Positions 1 through 10,455 are shown, counted from the first letter of the stretch. The stretch is DNA of 64,000 nucleotides from Negativicutes bacterium (GCA_963665275.2 CAXXIN010000018.1:192001-256000); one strand, 5' to 3'. A program made the numbers and translations. The notes: a model not told the origin generated them from the letters alone.

Positions 1-1
1 C

Positions 2-331
2 GCCGAAGGGACGACTGTTCCCGGCAAAGTGACACGGACGATTAAGTTCGGTGCTTTTGTTGAATTGGCTCCCGGAGTGGAGGGATTGGTCCATATTTCC
101 GAACTGTCGGACCGGCGGGTGGCGTCAGCGGAGGAAGTCGTTCAAGTCGGCCAAAAAGTCGCAGTAAAAGTTCTGAGCGTCGATCCTGCTGTAAAGAGAA
201 TCAGCCTGAGCATTATCAAAGCGCAGGAAGATGCAGAACGCAAGGAATTCGCTCCGTTTTTGGGTTCGCAGTCCAGTTTGGGCGTAACGATTGGCGACAA
301 ACTCGGCCATCTATTCAAAAACAGGGAGTAG
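2..331 (+). CDS. rpsA: 30S ribosomal protein S1, C-terminal part (5'-truncated by the window; may be an IspH-S1 fusion)
   Basis: S1 motif FGAFVELAPGVEGLVHISEL; tail LGVTIGDKLG; frame open from base 2; precedes fni. Confidence 0.85.
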   Translation, partial: AEGTTVPGKVTRTIKFGAFVELAPGVEGLVHISELSDRRVASAEEVVQVGQKVAVKVLSVDPAVKRISLSIIKAQEDAERKEFAPFLGSQSSLGVTIGDKLGHLFKNRE

Positions 332-337
332 AAGGCT

Positions 338-1399
338 TTGACCCGAAAGTCGCGTAAACTCGATCATTTACGGCAAGCGATGGAATTATCTGACGGGCCT
401 GAGCGCACCGGCTTCGAAGATTTTTTACTCGTGCATAACTGCCTGCCGGAGATGAAAAACGCCGAAGTTTCCCTCGGCACGGCCTGCGCCGGCCTTCAGC
501 TGCAGCATCCCGTCATCATCAATGCGATGACGGGGGGCGCAGAGGCTTTGACGCAAGTAAATCGACGGCTCGCGCAAGTGGCATCGCTGACGGGATCGGC
601 GATGGCGGTCGGATCGCAGTTCGCCGGCCTGGAGTTTCCTGAGGTTGCCGAATCTTTTCGCGTGGTGCGTAGCGTCAATCCCCAGGGAATCATTTGGGCC
701 AATATTGGCGCATACGCGACGGTTGAAGAGGCGCTTCGGGTCGTCGACATGATCGGGGCGGACGCGTTGCAGGTGCATCTGAACGCGGCGCAGGAAATCA
801 CTATGTCGGAAGGCGATGGGGATTTCAGCGGTTGGTTGAGACGTATTGAGCAAATGGCCAGGCAGATTCCGGTTCCGGTTATTGTCAAAGAGACGGGCTG
901 TGGTATGGCAGGGGAGCAGATTCTAGCACTATCCACCGTTGGCGTTAAAGCCATCGATGTCGGAGGGGTCGGCGGGACCAATTTCATCGCGATTGAATCA
1001 GTCCGCACGGCTCAGGTGTTGAGCGCCGATTTGCTGGGATGGGGAATTCCTACAGCGGTCAGTGCTCTGGAGGCTGCAGAGGTTTTACCCGCAGGGGTGG
1101 ATTTGATCGTTTCCGGGGGAGTGCGAACGCCGGTTGATGCGCTGAAAGCTTTTTCCATGGGTGCTGCGGCGGTTGGAATAGCGGCGCCGCTACTTCGCCG
1201 GACCGAACGTGAAGGGGTTGAAGCGGCAGTAACCTGGCTGCAGGAGTACCTGGCGATTTTGCAGAAGTGCATGCTGTTGCTTGGCAGAAATTCCATCAGA
1301 GATATGTCGGCCCACCCAGTGGTAATTACCGGTCGGGTGGCTCAGTGGGCGGAGGCAAGAGGAATTTCCGTTAGAAAATACGCCTGTCGTTCAACATAA
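338..1399 (+). CDS. fni: type 2 isopentenyl-diphosphate delta-isomerase
   Basis: RKLDH, NAMTGG, GSQ, HLNAAQE, VKETGCG and GGTNF motifs. Confidence 0.95.
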   Translation: MTRKSRKLDHLRQAMELSDGPERTGFEDFLLVHNCLPEMKNAEVSLGTACAGLQLQHPVIINAMTGGAEALTQVNRRLAQVASLTGSAMAVGSQFAGLEFPEVAESFRVVRSVNPQGIIWANIGAYATVEEALRVVDMIGADALQVHLNAAQEITMSEGDGDFSGWLRRIEQMARQIPVPVIVKETGCGMAGEQILALSTVGVKAIDVGGVGGTNFIAIESVRTAQVLSADLLGWGIPTAVSALEAAEVLPAGVDLIVSGGVRTPVDALKAFSMGAAAVGIAAPLLRRTEREGVEAAVTWLQEYLAILQKCMLLLGRNSIRDMSAHPVVITGRVAQWAEARGISVRKYACRST

Positions 1400-1414
1400 G
1401 AGGGGGATGCAAAT

Positions 1415-2735
1415 ATGGCCGCAGGAGCGGTGATTTCGGCGGTCCAGCCGAACAGCAAGGCAGCACGTGCAGGGCTGGTTGCCGGTGACCGTATTGTACG
1501 TGTCAACGGTCAAACTGTGCGAGATTTGATTGATTTGAGTTTTGCCCTGACCGAAGAACTGATCAAACTGGAAGTGATCAGATCCACTGGGGAAACGGTC
1601 CGTCTTCGCATCAAAAAAGCTCTGGACGAATCAATGGGGTTTGAATTTGAGAGCGCCGTGTTCGATCAGGTGAGAACCTGTGCGAACAAGTGCCTTTTTT
1701 GTTTTGTGGACCAAATGCCAGAAGGACTACGGGAAACTCTTTATGTAAAAGATGATGATTATCGTCTTTCCTTTTTATATGGGAATTTCGTGACGTTGAC
1801 GAACCTGACGTCTGCCGATTTCGACCGGATACGACAATATCACCTTTCGCCTCTCTATATTTCAGTTCATACGACTGACGGTGAGTTGCGGGAGAAAATG
1901 GTCGGGATTCCGCGCGCTGCAAAAATTATGCACCAATTGCGGGATTTTGCTGATGTCGGGATCGAAATGCACACGCAGGTCGTTCTTTGCCCAGGTTATA
2001 ATGATGGGGAAGTTTTAACACGAACCATTCGTGACCTGGCGACATTGAGGCCGGAAGTCCTATCGATGGCGATCGTTCCTGTCGGCTTAACGCGCTTCCG
2101 GGAGGCCTGTCAACCTCTGCGCACTTTCACATCAGAGGAAGCAGCCGCAATCGTTGATGAAGTTACTGCTTTTCAGTTGGGATTTCGCGAGGAAACTGGC
2201 TGTTCCTTCGTTTATTTGTCAGATGAATTCTATCTCCGTGCCGGACGGGAAGTCCCGCCGGAAGAGATCTACGACGGGTATCCCCAACTGGAGAATGGCA
2301 TCGGACTCATCCGTAGTTTCTTAACGGACTGGGAAGATGCGGGGGGGGGGGCCACCAAACGCCGTTGCCTTGACGGAAAGTGCGAATGCTACCGTTGTGA
2401 TCAGCGGGACGGCGTTTGCGCCGATACTGTCAGAATTGCTGAAACCTTTGTCGCCGACTGTCCGGGTGGAAGCAGTCATCAATGAATTCTTTGGCTCGGC
2501 CATAAATGTTAGCGGTTTGTTGACTGGCCAGGATATCGCAGCGTATGTGAAATCTCTTGGACTTAGCCCGCAGCAGGTCATCATTCCATCCACTACTCTC
2601 AGAAAAAACGAACAGGTGTTTCTGGACGGGATGACGCTCGATGAGCTGCAACAGGAACTTTCGACACCGGTGCATGTTGTCTCAGGCGCGGCAGCGTTGC
2701 AGGAATTGCTGGGAAGTGGAGGAAAGGACCAATGA
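1415..2735 (+). CDS. PDZ + DUF512 putative Fe-S oxidoreductase, split by a frameshift in a G11 tract (2341-2351)
   Basis: CANKCLFCFVDQ, KDDDYRLSF, YPQLENGIG in ORF 1415-2485; C-terminal NEFFG..VSGLLTGQD..FLDG in ORF 2337-2735; removing one G joins them. Confidence 0.85.
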
Positions 2736-3256
2736 AAGGGTTGGGGCTGCTTCAGGTATACACCGGCGATGGAAAAGGCAAGACCACGGCGAGTCTCGGG
2801 GTGGCGCTCAGGGCCATCGGTCACGGCATGAAGGTCTGCATGATTCAGTTCATGAAAAACAGCGACATTTACGGTGAAGTCAGGCTGGCTGACAAAATGC
2901 CGGGATTGACCATTATTCCGGTAGGACGGCATGATTTTGTCGATCTGAAAAATCCGGCTGAAATCGATGTCAGTCTCGCCCTGTCCGGCTGGGAGCAGGC
3001 TAAGGAGATTATACGGTCACAAAAATATGATATTGTTATATTAGATGAGATCAATGTTGTGCTTGCCTGCGGTATGCTGGAAGAAAAATCAGTCATCGAG
3101 TTTCTCAGTACCCACAGAGGTACTACCGAAGTGATAACAACAGGCTGCTGGGCGCCCCAGGCGCTGATTGAGGCGGCCGATCTGGTCACGGAAATGAAGA
3201 ACGTCCGGCACCCATATTCTAAGGGAATCGAAAGCCGGGAAGGGATTGATCATTAA
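2732..3256 (+). CDS. cobO: cob(I)alamin adenosyltransferase (CobO/BtuR family)
   Basis: YTGDGKGKTTA, QFMK, ILDEI, ADLVTEM, HPY..G..SREGID. Confidence 0.9.
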   Translation: MKGLGLLQVYTGDGKGKTTASLGVALRAIGHGMKVCMIQFMKNSDIYGEVRLADKMPGLTIIPVGRHDFVDLKNPAEIDVSLALSGWEQAKEIIRSQKYDIVILDEINVVLACGMLEEKSVIEFLSTHRGTTEVITTGCWAPQALIEAADLVTEMKNVRHPYSKGIESREGIDH

Positions 3257-4579
3257 ATGCCAAAACCAATAGTAGCCATAGTCGGTAGACCCAACGTCGG
3301 CAAATCGACGCTGTTCAACCGCATTGCCGAAAAGAAAGTTTCCATCGTGGACGATACGCCGGGGGTGACACGTGACCGAATCTATGCCGACGCTGAATGG
3401 ACGGGGCATGAATTCGCGCTGGTCGATACCGGTGGTATTGATTTTAACGATACGGATGAACTGCTGCCTGCGGTCCGCAACCAGGCCAAATTGGCAATGG
3501 AGGAAGCAGATGTCATTCTATTTGTCGTCGATGGCAAAGTGGGCATTACCGATCTGGACCAGCACATCGTCAGCATGCTGCGAACTGCGAAAAAACCGGT
3601 CGTGCTGGCAGTAAACAAAGTAGATAATGCAAAGTCGATTCCCAACAGCTATGAATTTTACTCGCTGGGTCTCGGCGATCCGATTGCGGTTTCATCTGTC
3701 AATGCGTTGAATCTCGGTGATTTACTTGACGCCATCGTAGAAAAACTACCGGTGGAAGCTGTCATAGAGGATGAACCGGATACGATCCGCGTGGCTGTGG
3801 TCGGCCGACCGAACGTCGGGAAATCATCACTGGTCAATGCGCTGCTCGGCGAAGAACGTTTGGTGGTCAGCAACATACCGGGCACGACTCGTGATGCCGT
3901 TGACACTTATTTCAAGCAAGACGGAGTCACCTTTATTTTCGTTGACACCGCCGGCATGAGGCGCCGTGGCAAAATCGACGCGGCACTGGAGCGTTATAGC
4001 GTGATTCGGAGCCTGCGAGCCATCGATCGGGCTGATGTTGTGCTGATGTTAATTGATGCTACAGAAGGTGTATCCGAGCAGGACAAGAAAATCGCCGGTT
4101 ATGTTCATGAATCCGGCAGGGCATCCGTGCTGGTGGTCAACAAGTGGGATCTGGTGAAAAAAGATGGCAAGACCTCGCTGCGTTTCACAGAAGATTTGCG
4201 GAAAGAGTTAGGTTTCATGCAGTATTCACCGGTTGTTTTCTTGTCCGCCTTAACCAAACAGCGTATCAACCGCATCCCGGAAGTAGTGAAATATGTAGCG
4301 GAACAACATGCGATGCGCGTGTCGACCAGTCTGCTCAACCAGGTCGTTCGCGATGCGGTTGGCATCAATCCCCCGCCATCCGACCGAGGCAGAAAGTTGA
4401 AGATATTTTATGCGACGCAGGCAGCCGTTCGCCCGCCGACCATCGTATTTTTCGTCAACGATGCGGAATTGATGCATTTTTCGTATCTGCGCTTTTTGGA
4501 GAACAGACTTCGGGAGTCTTTCGGGTTCGAAGGGACTCCACTAAAAATGGTCGTCAGGCCTCGGCAGACGGAGGATTAA
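3257..4579 (+). CDS. der: ribosome biogenesis GTPase Der (EngA)
   Basis: two GRPNVGKS P-loops, DTGG/DTAG, NKVD/NKWD, KH-like tail FGFEGTP. Confidence 0.98.
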   Translation: MPKPIVAIVGRPNVGKSTLFNRIAEKKVSIVDDTPGVTRDRIYADAEWTGHEFALVDTGGIDFNDTDELLPAVRNQAKLAMEEADVILFVVDGKVGITDLDQHIVSMLRTAKKPVVLAVNKVDNAKSIPNSYEFYSLGLGDPIAVSSVNALNLGDLLDAIVEKLPVEAVIEDEPDTIRVAVVGRPNVGKSSLVNALLGEERLVVSNIPGTTRDAVDTYFKQDGVTFIFVDTAGMRRRGKIDAALERYSVIRSLRAIDRADVVLMLIDATEGVSEQDKKIAGYVHESGRASVLVVNKWDLVKKDGKTSLRFTEDLRKELGFMQYSPVVFLSALTKQRINRIPEVVKYVAEQHAMRVSTSLLNQVVRDAVGINPPPSDRGRKLKIFYATQAAVRPPTIVFFVNDAELMHFSYLRFLENRLRESFGFEGTPLKMVVRPRQTED

Positions 4580-4582
4580 GTT

Positions 4583-5179
4583 ATGTTGCTGGCAGGCGTC
4601 GTCCTGGGCAGTTACCTGATCGGATCGCTGCCGTTTGGTCTGTGGATTGGGCAGTGGTTTTACAATATTGATTTGCGGGAGCACGGCAGCAAAAACACCG
4701 GCGCAACCAATGCCTTTCGTGTGTTGGGGCGTTGGCCGGCTTTGTTGGTGTTTGTTTGCGACACGGCCAAAGGAATGGCGGGTGTTTATCTCGGAAGTCT
4801 ACTGGTGGGCGGTTCGATGGCCGAAGTTCTGGGCGGTATTGCCGCGATCAGTGGGCATAACTGGTCTATCTTTATGGGCTTCAAGGGCGGGCGCGGCGTA
4901 GCTACCGGCTTGGGTGTGATTGCACTATTGGCGCCCAAGGTGACGGTCATCGTTTTTGCCGTATGGTGCATTGTCGTATTTCTGACGCGTTATGTTTCAC
5001 TCGCTTCTATTTTGGCTGCTGCATTGGTTCCACCTCTTATGTGGTGGTTCGAAGCCGGGCGTGAAACCTTGTTGTTCGGATTCGCAGCAGCGGCTTTTGT
5101 GATTATCCGTCACCGGCCGAATATTGGACGACTGCTGCGTGGTGAAGAACTGAAAATCAAGGCGGCGAAAAAGGCATAA
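4583..5179 (+). CDS. plsY: glycerol-3-phosphate acyltransferase PlsY
   Basis: GSKNTGATNAFR, GHNWSIF..FKGGRGVAT, HRPNI.RL..GEE. Confidence 0.95.
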   Translation: MLLAGVVLGSYLIGSLPFGLWIGQWFYNIDLREHGSKNTGATNAFRVLGRWPALLVFVCDTAKGMAGVYLGSLLVGGSMAEVLGGIAAISGHNWSIFMGFKGGRGVATGLGVIALLAPKVTVIVFAVWCIVVFLTRYVSLASILAAALVPPLMWWFEAGRETLLFGFAAAAFVIIRHRPNIGRLLRGEELKIKAAKKA

Positions 5180-5196
5180 ATCGTAGGAGGACTGAA

Positions 5197-6231
5197 GTGA
5201 AGGTTGTACTATTTGGCGCTGGTGGCTGGGGAACAGCGTTGGCGTCAATTTTATCGGAAAAACATACGAACGTGTCGCTGTATGTCCGCAATTCAGAGCT
5301 GGCGGCCAGCATGCGCAGCACGAGAATGAATTCAAAGTATCTTCCCGGCGTTGTTTTGCCGGAAAACCTGCAGATCACGGATAGTCTTGAAAAGGGCCTG
5401 TCAGGGACAGACCTGCTCGTGTTGGTGACGCCATCGCACGGAGTTCGGGCGGCTGCCCGCGCACTTGCCGGGTTGTTGCCGCGAGACTGTGTTGTGGTAT
5501 CGGCAGCTAAAGGCCTGGAGAGTGAAACCTGCCTGCGGATGACGCAAGTGCTGGCGCAGGAGCTTCCAGAATCAGCTGGTCGCCTAGCGGCGTTGTCGGG
5601 ACCTAATCATGCCGAAGAAGTAGGACGGAAAATGCCCAGCGCATCCGTAGTGGGCTGCAGCGACCCCGAGGTGGCTCAATTCATCCAGGATGCATTCATG
5701 ACTCCTACCTTTAGAATTTATACGAACCATGACGTCGCCGGTGTGGAAATGGGCGGCGCACTGAAAAATATCATCGCGTTAGCCGCCGGAATCACTGAGG
5801 GGCTGGGTTTTGGTGACAACTCCAAAGCTGCCCTGATGACCAGGGGCCTGGCGGAAATCGCCCGATTGGGGGCAACCTGCGGCGCCGATGTCGGTACTTT
5901 TTCCGGCCTGTCTGGAGTGGGGGACCTGATCGCCACCTGTACCAGCCTGCATAGTCGCAATCGCCGAGCTGGCATTGAGCTCGCCAAAGGGCGTCCGATC
6001 GCTGAAGTCCAGGCCGATTCCGGCATGGTGATCGAAGGGGTGCTCGCCACGGCTGCCGCTCGCAAACTGGCGCGAAGCAAAGGCGTGGAGATGCCCATCA
6101 CCGAGGCCTTGTACCAGGTGCTGTTCGCTGGAATGTCTCCGCACTCGGCAGTGCTGGAGCTAATGACCCGAACCAAAAAACATGAAACGGAAGAAGTGGC
6201 TTTTCCTTCTTCAGTCGTTAACCGGGGGTAG
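5197..6231 (+). CDS. gpsA: NAD(P)H-dependent glycerol-3-phosphate dehydrogenase
   Basis: GAGGWGTALA, AKGLE, SGPNHAEE, GGALKN, GDLIATC, SRN. Confidence 0.95.
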   Translation: MKVVLFGAGGWGTALASILSEKHTNVSLYVRNSELAASMRSTRMNSKYLPGVVLPENLQITDSLEKGLSGTDLLVLVTPSHGVRAAARALAGLLPRDCVVVSAAKGLESETCLRMTQVLAQELPESAGRLAALSGPNHAEEVGRKMPSASVVGCSDPEVAQFIQDAFMTPTFRIYTNHDVAGVEMGGALKNIIALAAGITEGLGFGDNSKAALMTRGLAEIARLGATCGADVGTFSGLSGVGDLIATCTSLHSRNRRAGIELAKGRPIAEVQADSGMVIEGVLATAAARKLARSKGVEMPITEALYQVLFAGMSPHSAVLELMTRTKKHETEEVAFPSSVVNRG

Positions 6232-6233
6232 AC

Positions 6234-7445
6234 ATGCGAATCGGCGTTTTTACAATGATTGTGATTTCTTTGGTATTCCTGTTGTCCATCGTCAATAGCT
6301 TTTGGATCGGCCGTTTGTTTCGCCAACCCCTACGTCGTCGGATATGGTTCGCTTACGGCGTGTTGACGCTGTTGGGCGCCGCCGCTTACCTGGGCCTCCG
6401 ATCGGCTGGAGCTCTCGAAGGTTGGGCTGTGTTGAACTTTATCTATTATTTTGGGCCGTTTTGGACAGTCTTGCAGTTGTTGTTGCTGTTGGCCTGGCCT
6501 TTTTCATTTATGGCAGCGTGGTTGCAGCGTCGCTGGAGTGTGCCGGAAGAAGAATCAGAATCTGATATACTGAAAAAATCCTCGTTGAACCCCGCCATGA
6601 CCCGACGGACTTTTTTGTCCACGGCTGCAGTTCTGCCGCCTGTGGCTATGACTGGAATCAATACCGTCGGAGTTCTCGACGCGGAATTTCGGGCGGTTTT
6701 GCGGCGAATTGACTTTGCATACCCTGACTTGCCGCCAGCTCTCGACGGTCTGAAGATTGCACATATGACGGATGTTCACATTGGACCTTATGTTTCGGCG
6801 CGTGATGTCAATAAACTGGTCAATCTTCTTCGCTCTGCCTCGCCGGATCTGTTGGCCATCACTGGTGATTTCGTTGATGATGTGTCGATGCTTCCTGGCG
6901 TCATGGATACCATGAAGCCGTTTTTAGCCGATTTACAGTTGGGCGCATGGTTTTGCATGGGTAATCACGAACACCTGCGTGGTGCGGCGCCCATCCGATC
7001 CATATTGCAGCAGTCCGGCATTCATATTCTCGATAACCAGCATCAACGGTTGCCTTTTGGCGGTAGCTATTTTGCTATCGCTGGTGTTGATTACCCGATA
7101 GGAAGTTCCACCGCAGTTCGGCCTGAAACTGCCAAGAAATATGTGGAAGAAGCATGTCTCGATATCCCTAGGCAGGACTTCACGTTGCTGATGGCGCATC
7201 ATCCTGATTTTTTACCACCTGCTTTTGAACGCCGGATTTCGTTGACTCTGGCAGGGCACACGCATGGAGGACAAGTCGGTTGGGGAGATCGGTCTGCATT
7301 GCAGTTCCTGTATCCTTATATGCGCGGAGTATATCGTGATGAACAGAGCTTCGGATTCGTCAGCAGCGGGGCGGGGCATTGGTTGCCGTTTCGCTTGAAC
7401 TGTCCGCCGGAAGTCAGTCTGATTACATTGAAACGGGCTACCTGA
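6234..7445 (+). CDS. membrane-anchored metallophosphoesterase (YkuE-like)
   Basis: N-terminal TMs; DVH, TGD, GNHE, AHHP, GHTHGGQ motifs. Confidence 0.9.
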   Translation: MRIGVFTMIVISLVFLLSIVNSFWIGRLFRQPLRRRIWFAYGVLTLLGAAAYLGLRSAGALEGWAVLNFIYYFGPFWTVLQLLLLLAWPFSFMAAWLQRRWSVPEEESESDILKKSSLNPAMTRRTFLSTAAVLPPVAMTGINTVGVLDAEFRAVLRRIDFAYPDLPPALDGLKIAHMTDVHIGPYVSARDVNKLVNLLRSASPDLLAITGDFVDDVSMLPGVMDTMKPFLADLQLGAWFCMGNHEHLRGAAPIRSILQQSGIHILDNQHQRLPFGGSYFAIAGVDYPIGSSTAVRPETAKKYVEEACLDIPRQDFTLLMAHHPDFLPPAFERRISLTLAGHTHGGQVGWGDRSALQFLYPYMRGVYRDEQSFGFVSSGAGHWLPFRLNCPPEVSLITLKRAT

Positions 7446-7567
7446 CAAGGAATAATTGATCGCAAAGCCTTGCCAGGATTCTTTGAACAGTGATATAATG
7501 TCTTTTATCGGTGGATATATATCTATTTATATTACACAAACAAAGAACAGTTGACAGGAGTGAGAAA

Positions 7568-8014
7568 ATGGCAGATTCAAAATCCAATTATTATCTTGTG
7601 CGTGAAGAAATTTTGCCGGAAGCCATCAAAAAAACTATCAAGGTCAAAGAGCTATTGAAAAAAGGCGAAGTTAAAACGATCAATGAAGCGGTAGAAGCTT
7701 TGAATCTAAGTCGTAGCGCCTATTATAAGTATAAAGACTATGTATTTCCATTTTATGAGGCGAGCAAGGAAAAAATCGTCACGGTAGCGCTGCTGTTGGA
7801 GCATCGTTCGGGCGTATTGTCCAAAGTACTGAACGTATTGGCAACTGAACATGGCAGTGTCTTGACTATCAATCAAGGAATCCCGCTGCAGGGAGTAGCC
7901 AATGCGACCTTGTCAATCGAAACGGTCGAATTGGCAATTGACCTTGAAGCTTTGCTGGATAAAATTCGGGTGATCGAAGGCGTGAAAAGGCTGGAAGTCC
8001 TTGGACAGGCTTAA
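7568..8014 (+). CDS. thrR: ACT-domain transcriptional regulator ThrR (PheB/UPF0735 family)
   Basis: LSRSAYYKYKD..FPFYE, LTINQGIP; RBS AGGAG before ATG 7568; precedes hom-thrB. Confidence 0.85.
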   Translation: MADSKSNYYLVREEILPEAIKKTIKVKELLKKGEVKTINEAVEALNLSRSAYYKYKDYVFPFYEASKEKIVTVALLLEHRSGVLSKVLNVLATEHGSVLTINQGIPLQGVANATLSIETVELAIDLEALLDKIRVIEGVKRLEVLGQA

Positions 8015-8032
8015 CGGAAAGAAGGGTTGAAG

Positions 8033-9328
8033 ATGGATAAAATTATAAAAATTGGATTACTAGGTTTCGGAACCGTCGGAACCGGCGTGGTTCGTATTTT
8101 GCATGACAATGCATCCTTGATCAAGCAGCGGTCCGGTACTTCTATTCAAATTAAAAAAATTCTTGTGCGCGACCTCCATAAGGCGCGTCAATTTTCTGTA
8201 GATGCGGAAATTACTACGGATCCCCAAGCCGTGATTCGTGATCCTGAAATCAGTATCGTCGTCGAACTCATGGGCGGCGAAGAGCCTGCCAGAACCTTGA
8301 TGCTGGAAGCCCTGACGAATGGAAAACATGTCGTAACCGCCAACAAGGATGTCATGGCGAAATTTGGCCGTGAACTGTTCGCGGCAGCTGAGAAGAATGG
8401 TGTAAATTTGCTGTTTGAGGCCAGTGTTGGCGGCGGGATTCCGATCATACGACCACTGAAGCGCTGCTTGGCGGCTAACCGTATCTTTGAAGTGATGGGT
8501 ATCGTCAACGGAACCACCAACTATATGCTGGACAAAATGACAACCGAAGGAGTCGATTTCTCATCGGTTCTGGCTGAAGCGCAAGAAAAAGGATATGCAG
8601 AAGCCGATCCAACTGCCGACGTTGGTGGGTGGGATGCAGCGAGAAAAATCGCGATTCTGGCTTCCATTGCTTTTGGCACCCGTGTCGCGTTACATGATGT
8701 TTCGGTTGAAGGGATCACCCAGATCGAACCGGAAGATATCGACTACGGGCGTGAACTGGGGTATGTGGTTAAATTGCTTGCTATCGCCCAAGATACGGAG
8801 AAAGGCGTTAATGCGCGGGTACATCCGGCCTTTATCCCCTTGACGCATCCACTGGCTTCGGTGCGTGATGTGTTCAATGCGATCTTTATTCGGGGCGACG
8901 CTGTAGGCGAGACGATGTTCTATGGTCGGGGTGCGGGCTCCTTGCCTACTGCCAGCGCAGTCTGCGCCGATATCATGGAGGCGGCGAGGGATATTTACTA
9001 TGATTCATCCAGTCGCATTTTGTGTACCTGTTTTGAGGAGAAACGGATTTCACCCATTTCAGAAACCGAGTCTCCCTATTACATCCGTTTGCTGGCTGAA
9101 GACCAACCCGGTGTAATGGCCGCCATCACTGGCGCTTTTGGCGCACAGATGGTCAGCCTGAACTCTGTCATTCAAAAACGCCGTGTTGGGTCGAGGGCAG
9201 AGATTGTTCTCATTACTCACAAAGTGAATGATGCTGATTTACAGTTAGCGGTTCAGGCGTTGAATGGTCTGCCGGTGGTCCACAAAGTTTCAACGGTCAT
9301 CCGGGTGGTGGGTAATGAAGCGGAATGA
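8033..9328 (+). CDS. hom: homoserine dehydrogenase
   Basis: GFGTVG, VVTANK, EASVGGGIP, NGTTNY, GYAEADP, C-terminal ACT domain. Confidence 0.97.
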   Translation: MDKIIKIGLLGFGTVGTGVVRILHDNASLIKQRSGTSIQIKKILVRDLHKARQFSVDAEITTDPQAVIRDPEISIVVELMGGEEPARTLMLEALTNGKHVVTANKDVMAKFGRELFAAAEKNGVNLLFEASVGGGIPIIRPLKRCLAANRIFEVMGIVNGTTNYMLDKMTTEGVDFSSVLAEAQEKGYAEADPTADVGGWDAARKIAILASIAFGTRVALHDVSVEGITQIEPEDIDYGRELGYVVKLLAIAQDTEKGVNARVHPAFIPLTHPLASVRDVFNAIFIRGDAVGETMFYGRGAGSLPTASAVCADIMEAARDIYYDSSSRILCTCFEEKRISPISETESPYYIRLLAEDQPGVMAAITGAFGAQMVSLNSVIQKRRVGSRAEIVLITHKVNDADLQLAVQALNGLPVVHKVSTVIRVVGNEAE

Positions 9329-10241
9329 TCTTTGCGCCAAGGTGCGGATTCCGGCGACGACAGCCAACTGCGGACCTGGTTTCGATACGTTGGGGATTGC
9401 CTGCACCTTATACAACGAAGTTTCCCTGGAACTGAACGGACTCGGTAATGCAGTTCAAATTGTCGTAACTGGCGATGGCGCCGATACATTGCCTGTCAAT
9501 GAAAAAAACCTGGTGCTTCGTTCGGTCCGAACGGTATTGGATCGAGCCAAGCATCCAGCAACCAACTTGCGATTGACGTTGCATAACAATATTCCTCTAT
9601 CCAGAGGACTGGGCAGCAGTTCGGCAGCCATCGTCGGCGGCCTGGTTGCCGCGAACGCAGTTGTGGGGAACCTCTTTTCCCGGCAGGAGCTACTGTCCAT
9701 GGCCACCAAATTGGAAGGCCATCCTGATAATGTGGCACCGGCATTGCTGGGAGGATTCGCAGTTTCCGTGATGCAGGGAGAGCGGGTCACGAGTCTGAGT
9801 TTGCCTGTGCCGCCAGCATTAAAACTTGTTGTATGTATTCCGGCATTTCGTCTCTCGACCAATAAGGCGCGTCAGGCGATTCCCGACATCGTGCCGCATC
9901 GCGACGCTGTTTTCAATGTAAGCCGTACGGCTTTGCTCGTTGGAGCTATGGCAAGTGGGCGTCTCGAATATCTGAGTGAGGCGTTGGATGATAAATTGCA
10001 CCAACCCTATCGTGCTGCGCTGATTCCAGGTATGGCGGCTGTGTTTGCAGCAGGAAAAGCGGCGGGGGCGCTAGGTGTGGCAATGAGTGGGGCAGGGCCT
10101 TCTTTGATGGCATATACCGTAGAAAATGCTGATGCGGTTGGAACTGCTATGGTGCAGGCATTCCGCACTCATGATGTCCAATCTCGCTATTTGTGCCTCG
10201 GCGTCGATTATGAAGGGGCTTGCATTGTCGATTTAGCTTGA
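9315..10241 (+). CDS. thrB: homoserine kinase
   Basis: PATTANCGPGFD, PLSRGLGSSSAA, EGHPDN, HQPYR, SGAGP. Confidence 0.96.
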   Translation: MKRNDLCAKVRIPATTANCGPGFDTLGIACTLYNEVSLELNGLGNAVQIVVTGDGADTLPVNEKNLVLRSVRTVLDRAKHPATNLRLTLHNNIPLSRGLGSSSAAIVGGLVAANAVVGNLFSRQELLSMATKLEGHPDNVAPALLGGFAVSVMQGERVTSLSLPVPPALKLVVCIPAFRLSTNKARQAIPDIVPHRDAVFNVSRTALLVGAMASGRLEYLSEALDDKLHQPYRAALIPGMAAVFAAGKAAGALGVAMSGAGPSLMAYTVENADAVGTAMVQAFRTHDVQSRYLCLGVDYEGACIVDLA

Positions 10242-10279
10242 CTTTGATGCCGAAAATGGGTAGAATAATATCTGTTAGT

Positions 10280-10357
10280 CGGGGCGTAGCTCAGTTTGGC
10301 TAGAGCGCTACCTTGGGGTGGTAGAGGCCGCAAGTTCAAGTCTTGTCGCTCCGACCA
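10280..10357 (+). tRNA. tRNA-Pro (GGG)
   Basis: CGGGGCG/CGCTCCG acceptor stem, CTACC-TTGGGGT-GGTAG anticodon arm, GTTCAAGTC T-loop, encoded CCA. Confidence 0.97.
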
Positions 10358-10373
10358 GTATAAAATAAGGATT

Positions 10374-10400
10374 CCGGGAACTTCGGTTCTCGGTTTTTTT
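10374..10400 (+). terminator. intrinsic terminator after tRNA-Pro
   Basis: CCGGGAAC-TTCG-GTTCTCGG followed by T7. Confidence 0.85.
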
Positions 10401-10405
10401 ATGCC

Positions 10406-10427
10406 CTGTACCAATTCTGCTCCAATT
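10406..10427. repeat. tandem imperfect 11-bp repeat, possible integrase arm-type sites
   Basis: CTGTACCAATT CTGCTCCAATT about 50 bp after the tRNA 3' end. Confidence 0.45.
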
Positions 10428-10455
10428 AATAAACAAAATTAATTAAGCTTTCTGA

